Assembly: GCA_049303575.1 (NCBI GenBank)
Contig: JBAQNH010000002.1
Location: forward strand, 247,932 to 311,931
Direction: 5' to 3'
DNA: 64,000 nt
DNA from: Microgenomates group bacterium
GTDB lineage: Bacteria > Patescibacteriota > Microgenomatia > UBA1400 > MFAQ01
Every line of letters begins with the position of its first letter. Position 1 is the first letter of the stretch. A model generated the notes under the pieces. It ran no database searches and had not been told where the DNA came from. It worked only from the letters and a program-made list of their open reading frames with translations. Positions 59,224 through 64,000 of this stretch are shown here, in pieces. A program made the position numbers and the translations under genes.

Positions 59224-60374
59224 TGCCGTCCGTTTTCATCAAAACTTTCGGTTGTCAGGCAAACAAATCCGACTCCGAAAGAATTCTTGGTGATTACTCC
59301 TCCAGAGGTTATCAAGAGACCTCGGATTGGAAAGAAGCGGATGAAATTGTTCTCAATACCTGTTCTGTTCGTCAATCGGCCGAAGACAGAGTTCGTGGCT
59401 TTCTTCTCAATTTGACGAAACATGTTGGCGAAATTGGCAAGCCCAAACCAAAAGTAATTCTCACCGGCTGCATGCTCCACTTCAATGAAAGAGAAATTAA
59501 AGATCTTCTTCCGGAAGTTGACGAAATTCTTCCCATCGCCGAAGTCGGTTTCAATCAAAAAGCAATAAGAAAAGACAAAGATAATGCCTGGGTTCCCATT
59601 TCTACCGGCTGCAACTCATTTTGCACTTACTGCATTGTTCCGTTTTCTCGAGGTAGAGAAAGATCACGCCCTCTAGATGACATCCTCAAAGAGGTTGAGA
59701 GTCTCGCTAAAGATGGTTACAAAACAATCAACCTCCTGGGTCAAAACGTCAACTCATATGGTTTGGAAAAATCAGGAATAAATCTTCGCAAACTTTATAT
59801 GGATAAAGAAAATTTTTCGGCGAATTCAATTCCCAGTAATCAATCTCAATATCAAAAACCAACGACCACACCACCCTTTGTTTTGCTACTCCAAAAAATT
59901 AGTCAAATTTCCGGGGTCGAAAAAATTACTTTCTTCACCAGCAACCCTTGGGATTTTTGGGACGAGTTAATTGCTGAAATTGCTGCTAATCCCAAAATTG
60001 ATCGTTTTATTCACCTTCCTGTTCAATCTGGAAGCAACCGAATTTTAAAACTAATGAATCGGGGATACACGAGGGAGTCGTATCTATCTCTAGTTGAAAG
60101 AATTAGGGCAAAAGTCCCCGAGGCAGTTTTTGGTACGGACATTATTGTTGGCTTTCCTGGTGAAACTGATGCGGATTTTCAGGATACTTTGGATCTGGTC
60201 AAGAAGGTCGGTTTCAAAGTCGCTTTTGTTGCCAGATACTCTCCTCGTCCAGGAACTGCTTCCTTCAGACTCTACCCAGACGATGTTCCAGCCAAAGTAA
60301 AAAAAGAAAGATGGGAAATTCTCGATCAAATAGCCAACAAAGACAACTTGGCAGACCGACCGCTAATTCCCTAA
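59223..60374 (+). CDS. miaB: radical SAM methylthiotransferase MiaB-like (no TRAM domain)
   Basis: MTTase N-domain FGCQANxxDSE, radical SAM CxxxCxxC (CNSFCTYC); 384 aa from ATG 59223. Confidence 0.8.
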   Translation: MPSVFIKTFGCQANKSDSERILGDYSSRGYQETSDWKEADEIVLNTCSVRQSAEDRVRGFLLNLTKHVGEIGKPKPKVILTGCMLHFNEREIKDLLPEVDEILPIAEVGFNQKAIRKDKDNAWVPISTGCNSFCTYCIVPFSRGRERSRPLDDILKEVESLAKDGYKTINLLGQNVNSYGLEKSGINLRKLYMDKENFSANSIPSNQSQYQKPTTTPPFVLLLQKISQISGVEKITFFTSNPWDFWDELIAEIAANPKIDRFIHLPVQSGSNRILKLMNRGYTRESYLSLVERIRAKVPEAVFGTDIIVGFPGETDADFQDTLDLVKKVGFKVAFVARYSPRPGTASFRLYPDDVPAKVKKERWEILDQIANKDNLADRPLIP

Positions 60375-60375
60375 C

Positions 60376-61302
60376 ATGAGGAACCATAAACAAAAAATCA
60401 TTGTCATCTGCGGACCGACCGCCTCGGGCAAAACAGGTTTAGCTCTTCAATTAGCTAAAGAGTTAAAAAACGCCAACATTCTCTCTGCTGACTCAAGACA
60501 GGTATACCAAGACCTTGATCTAATTACCGGCAAAGACATTCCTAAAAATCTTCCCCCGGAAATAAAAGTTTTTGGTCACGACATATTTACTCCAAATGAA
60601 AGAGCCAACCTCGCCGACTTTGTTCGTTACTCACAGGCAATAATTAAAGAATCAAGAGTATCAAATACCCCCTTAATTATTGTTGGCGGTACCGGGCTCT
60701 ATTTAAAAGCTCTCACTCAAAATCTCTCCGACATCTCTATTCCGCCCAACCCTCTTCTTCGTCAAGAGTTGGAAAAACTATCCGTCGAAAAACTCCAAGA
60801 ATTACTCCAAAAAGAAAATCCTCAAAAACTGTCATCGCTCAACCGATCTGATTTTATGAATCCACGGCGACTAATTCGGTATCTAGAAATATCACGGTCA
60901 AAGGCTAGCTCGTCTGATATTAATATTTCCACAAAAGATATCTCTTTTTACTGGGTCGGACTTCTTCCGGACAAAGACACCCTAAAAACCAGTATCCACC
61001 ACCGTGTTCTGGAAAGAATTAAGGGGGGAGCTGTTGCCGAAGTCAGGGCTTTACTAAAGAAATATCCTGATAGAAGTCTGGCTATTTACACTAGTCTGGG
61101 AGTTCCCCAGATAATTGCTTTCCTGGAAGGAAAACTCTCCGAAAAACAGTTGGTTGAGGTGTGGGCGAATGCCGAAACAGACTACTCCCGTAGGCAAATT
61201 GTTTGGTTTAAAAAACAACCGGGTATTGTTTGGTATGATAAAAGTACTGACAGATCTTTGCTTGTTAGTCAGCTGAAAAAAATATACCAACAAAATGCTT
61301 AA
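60376..61302 (+). CDS. miaA: tRNA dimethylallyltransferase
   Basis: ICGPTASGKT P-loop. Confidence 0.9.
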   Translation: MRNHKQKIIVICGPTASGKTGLALQLAKELKNANILSADSRQVYQDLDLITGKDIPKNLPPEIKVFGHDIFTPNERANLADFVRYSQAIIKESRVSNTPLIIVGGTGLYLKALTQNLSDISIPPNPLLRQELEKLSVEKLQELLQKENPQKLSSLNRSDFMNPRRLIRYLEISRSKASSSDINISTKDISFYWVGLLPDKDTLKTSIHHRVLERIKGGAVAEVRALLKKYPDRSLAIYTSLGVPQIIAFLEGKLSEKQLVEVWANAETDYSRRQIVWFKKQPGIVWYDKSTDRSLLVSQLKKIYQQNA

Positions 61303-62290
61303 AAAAAGACGCATCACCTTCGACCTTTCCATCGCCAGTATTATCTGGGTTTTATTTTCTCTTGCTATTGTTTTTAGTATCGTCCAGCTTCTGGATATTG
61401 TTGTCTTGATTTTTTCGGCAATTTTGATTACTTTGGCTATTTGTCCGCTTGTTGATTGGTTCGAAAAATTCAAGATCAAGAGGGGACTCTCCGCAGTAGT
61501 CATCCTACTTACCTTTTTTGGTTTAATTATCACTCTAGCGGTTTCCGTAGCCACACCTTTATTCAATCAGACGGAACAATTCCTTCAGAAACTTCCCACT
61601 CTTATTGAAAAGGTCAGCCCGATAAAATTTGATGTCAATTCCTTTTCAACTCAAATTTCTCAAGTCCCCAACCAAGTTTTTAAGATTGCCCTAGACACCT
61701 TTTCCGGATTTCTCACCGTTTTTGCCGTCATCGTTCTCAGTTATTACATGATTCAGGAGATGCATAAACTAAGAGACTACTTTACCTTTTGGTGGTCCGA
61801 GAAAGGCAATCAGTATTATCAAATCGTCGAAAAGCTTGAAGTCGAAATTGGACGTTGGATTCGAGGGGAAATTCTCTTAATGCTTATTGTTGGTATTTTA
61901 AGTTATCTAGGTTACATGATTGTTGGCCTTCCCTACGCCATTGCTCTTGGTGTTATCGCCGGTATTTTGGAGCTGGTTCCCAATGTTGGCCCCACGATTG
62001 CGACTGTCCCCGCAGTTCTTGTTGGTTTTTCGATCTCTCCCGCTCATGGAATTGGTGCCCTGGTTGTCTCGATCATTGTCCAGCAGTTGGAAAACAACTT
62101 CATTGTTCCCAAGGTAATGCAAAAAGCCACCGGTCTAAACCCGATTATTACTCTTCTTGCCATCATGATTGGTTTAAAACTTGGCGGACCAATACTTGCC
62201 GTTCTTTCACTTCCTGTTGTCTTATCTGCCAGAGTGATTCTCGCCCACATTAGGGTAAACAAAACTACCAACATTCCTGAGATTCACTAA
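61295..62290 (+). CDS. AI-2E family transporter (UPF0118/PerM-like)
   Basis: 331 aa, 7-8 TM helices, characteristic C-terminal GxxxG-rich region. Confidence 0.75.
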   Translation: MLKKRRITFDLSIASIIWVLFSLAIVFSIVQLLDIVVLIFSAILITLAICPLVDWFEKFKIKRGLSAVVILLTFFGLIITLAVSVATPLFNQTEQFLQKLPTLIEKVSPIKFDVNSFSTQISQVPNQVFKIALDTFSGFLTVFAVIVLSYYMIQEMHKLRDYFTFWWSEKGNQYYQIVEKLEVEIGRWIRGEILLMLIVGILSYLGYMIVGLPYAIALGVIAGILELVPNVGPTIATVPAVLVGFSISPAHGIGALVVSIIVQQLENNFIVPKVMQKATGLNPIITLLAIMIGLKLGGPILAVLSLPVVLSARVILAHIRVNKTTNIPEIH

Positions 62291-62294
62291 CCCT

Positions 62295-62620
62295 TTCGGG
62301 ACTCCCGGGTCATAGTAAGCCGGATTCTGTCTAGGAGGAACATCTATCTAATGCTCGAGACTTCTGGGATGGAAAAGATACCTTAATCCCAATTCGTCGA
62401 TTGCAGCGGGGCGGGTTACCACTTTCCAAAAATTACTTCTTGGAAATCTCTTGTAACCAAGAGCGTTTCACCTTTATTCGTCTCTGTGGCCCTATCGCGC
62501 CTCTCGAGTCGCCTCGAGAAGAACCAGGTTTCCCTGGCCACCCTATCTTTTAGCTGTCCGGACTTTCCTCCCTACCTTGCGGCAGGGCGTTCCTCACCAG
62601 CACCCGGGAGTACTACTATT
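62295..62620 (-). ncRNA. rnpB: RNase P RNA, bacterial type A (compact)
   Basis: on the minus strand: P4 5' strand GGAGGAAAGUCCGG (complement of 62558-62571), 3' ACAGAAUCCGGCUUAC (complement of ~62312-62327), P1 pairing GUACUCCCGGG / CCCGGGAGUC at both ends, GGUGAAA in the P10-P11 region. Confidence 0.85.
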
Positions 62621-62640
62621 ATATAGTAAAACCCATAATG

Positions 62641-62670
62641 TTGCATTTATTTGGCTATATATCGTATAAT
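62641..62670 (+). promoter_or_regulatory. near-consensus promoter (TTGCAT, 18 nt spacer, TATAAT)
   Basis: followed by AGGAG and GTG at 62711. Confidence 0.5.
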
Positions 62671-62710
62671 ATGCAGGCACATTAATCATGTTAGTGAACA
62701 GGAGTCCAAA

Positions 62711-63013
62711 GTGATCAAGCTCAAAAAATCCTCAGATATGACCAAAGAACATCGTTTTCTCTTGATTGTCTTCAAAACGACCAAATACTTTGTCGAAGGA
62801 GATGAAAGGTCCAGGACAAACCCCGGTCATGGTTATCCGGCACACACCGACGAAATCGATGCGACCGAAATCTATGCTTTTGAAAACCAACAGGAACTCG
62901 AATTAGAATTAATCAGATTGTTTGATGAAGATAAAAAGCGCAAAGATTTGTTGGTGATAAATGTCGCTAGCATCATTCCTATCAAGGTGACTCTCGGCAT
63001 TCAATTCAATTGA
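62711..63013 (+). CDS. hypothetical protein (~100 aa from GTG), monocistronic
   Basis: RBS AGGAG 6 nt before GTG; the track start TTG 62651 lies inside the promoter; own terminator. Confidence 0.45.
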   Translation: MIKLKKSSDMTKEHRFLLIVFKTTKYFVEGDERSRTNPGHGYPAHTDEIDATEIYAFENQQELELELIRLFDEDKKRKDLLVINVASIIPIKVTLGIQFN

Positions 63014-63033
63014 TTTAATCAAAGAAACCAACC

Positions 63034-63059
63034 GTCCCAACTTATGTTGGGACTTTTTT
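63034..63059 (+). terminator. rho-independent terminator
   Basis: GTCCCAAC-TTAT-GTTGGGAC + T6. Confidence 0.7.
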
Positions 63060-63095
63060 GTTGACTAAAACGAAAATTCTCTATAAGATAGATAT

Positions 63096-63788
63096 ATGAA
63101 CACAAGTGTTTTTTACTCTTTTGAAACCTCTCTCTCTTACGCCTTCAACCAAATGCTGGTTGGTATAGTAAGTTTTATTCCCAGTCTCCTGGGAGCCATC
63201 GTCCTGTTTTTGCTGGGTCTCATTCTCGCCGGTTGGCTAAAAACTCTAACAGTCAAACTGGTTAATCTCACCAAGCTTGGCGGGATCATCAAAAACTCCG
63301 CTTTCAAAGAGTTCCTTAAAAATGCCCAGATGACCCAAAAGATTGAGATTATTATCGGCGAGATTGTTCGCTGGATAATCATCATTCTCTTCTTCATTGC
63401 CAGCATTAATGTTCTTGGGCTGACCTCCGTCAGCGAGTTCCTCAACAACATCATTCTGGGAATTCCTACCCTTATTGCTGCCATTATTATTCTCGCTGTT
63501 GGTGTTTTTATTGCCGGTTTCTTGGAAAAGATGGTCAAGGGCTCACTTGGTTCTCAGGATCCCGCTTTTTCCCGCCTGGTTGGCAAGGTAGTTAGCTACG
63601 CTACCCTAACCCTCTTTATTCTGGCCGCCATCTCTCAGCTTGGTATCGCTCGTTTTTTCATCGAGACCACCTTCACCGGCTTTATCGCCGCTCTATCTTT
63701 GGGCATTGGTATTAGTCTTGGACTTGGATCAAAAGACCTGATTAAGTCCCTCCTTGAAGGTTGGTACAAAAATCTTAAAAAGAAATAA
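63096..63788 (+). CDS. membrane protein with conserved TM-helix repeats (mechanosensitive-channel-associated TM_helix-like)
   Basis: 230 aa; repeated amphipathic/TM segments. Confidence 0.45.
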   Translation: MNTSVFYSFETSLSYAFNQMLVGIVSFIPSLLGAIVLFLLGLILAGWLKTLTVKLVNLTKLGGIIKNSAFKEFLKNAQMTQKIEIIIGEIVRWIIIILFFIASINVLGLTSVSEFLNNIILGIPTLIAAIIILAVGVFIAGFLEKMVKGSLGSQDPAFSRLVGKVVSYATLTLFILAAISQLGIARFFIETTFTGFIAALSLGIGISLGLGSKDLIKSLLEGWYKNLKKK

Positions 63789-63803
63789 ACTTCTTTTTCC
63801 AAC

Positions 63804-63840
63804 AAAAAACCCAAGGTAGATTTCTCTCTCTTGGGTTTTA
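63804..63840. terminator. bidirectional rho-independent terminator between convergent genes
   Basis: A6-CCCAAG...CTTGGG-T4 hairpin flanked by A-tract and T-tract. Confidence 0.6.
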
Positions 63841-63849
63841 AGACGGCTT

Positions 63850-63990
63850 TTACTTAGCGCCGATTTTGAACATTTTGGTGCCACATACTGGACAAACAGC
63901 CTTAACGGCTGGTTTACCATTTTTCATAGTAACTCTTTCGAATTCGGTAACGTCTCTTTTGGCTCTACATTTTACACAATAGATCTGCAT
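63850..63990 (-). CDS. small zinc-ribbon protein (46 aa)
   Basis: MQIYCVKCRAKRDV...CPVCGTKMFKIGAK; CxxC...CxxC. Confidence 0.45.
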   Translation of the reverse strand: MQIYCVKCRAKRDVTEFERVTMKNGKPAVKAVCPVCGTKMFKIGAK

Positions 63991-64000
63991 TTTCTTGGTT

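Noticed and set aside
61855-62253. Cys/His-rich 132-aa ORF in an alternate frame of the AI-2E transporter gene
   Set aside because: The transporter frame gives a coherent multi-TM protein. The alternate frame is a composition artefact (many TGC/CAC codons out of frame).
1-64000. CRISPR arrays, cas genes, reverse transcriptase or DGR components
   Set aside because: No regularly spaced direct repeats and no Cas or RT-like ORFs were seen. The only repeated short element is the terminator hairpin in the rplO-secY island, which is irregularly spaced and gene-flanking.

Overview
This window is almost entirely + strand, gene-dense and about 45% GC, and its core is a near-complete str-S10-spc-alpha ribosomal superoperon running from rpsL/rpsG (23.4 kb) to rplQ (47.3 kb), preceded by rpoB-rpoC. 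Flanking housekeeping genes are pnp, rnj, ftsK, alaS, ruvX and mltG upstream, and rplM-rpsI, recA-recX, rny, hup, miaB-miaA and an RNase P RNA downstream. Several traits fit a Candidate Phyla Radiation (Patescibacteria-like) bacterium with the standard genetic code: no rpmD between rpsE and rplO, a 612-aa AlaRS, a zinc-type S14, Lys/Ala/Pro-rich tails on several r-proteins, and a compact rnpB. The taxon call is inference. Four insertions interrupt otherwise conserved gene order. A small Cys-containing ORF plus a DEAH helicase sit between rpsG and fusA. A 2.35-kb island of three monocistronic orphan ORFs, each with a repeated promoter/terminator module, together with an intact IS200/IS605 (TnpA-only) element sits between rplO and secY. 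A gene for a protein with a PilM/FtsA-like cytoplasmic domain, a TM helix and a large extracellular domain, plus a sortase, sits between alaS and ruvX. A cell-surface island at 48.3-55.6 kb (M14-like peptidase, CapA, UDP-xylose synthase, membrane-anchored beta-helix protein, HNH endonuclease, a second sortase with a DUF3494-FN3 substrate carrying an LPNAG sorting signal, an AT-rich Zn-ribbon gene) ends at a tRNA-Pro(GGG). The rplO-secY island and the two sortase-linked surface modules are the best candidates for undescribed biology, but I cannot assign them a function from sequence alone.
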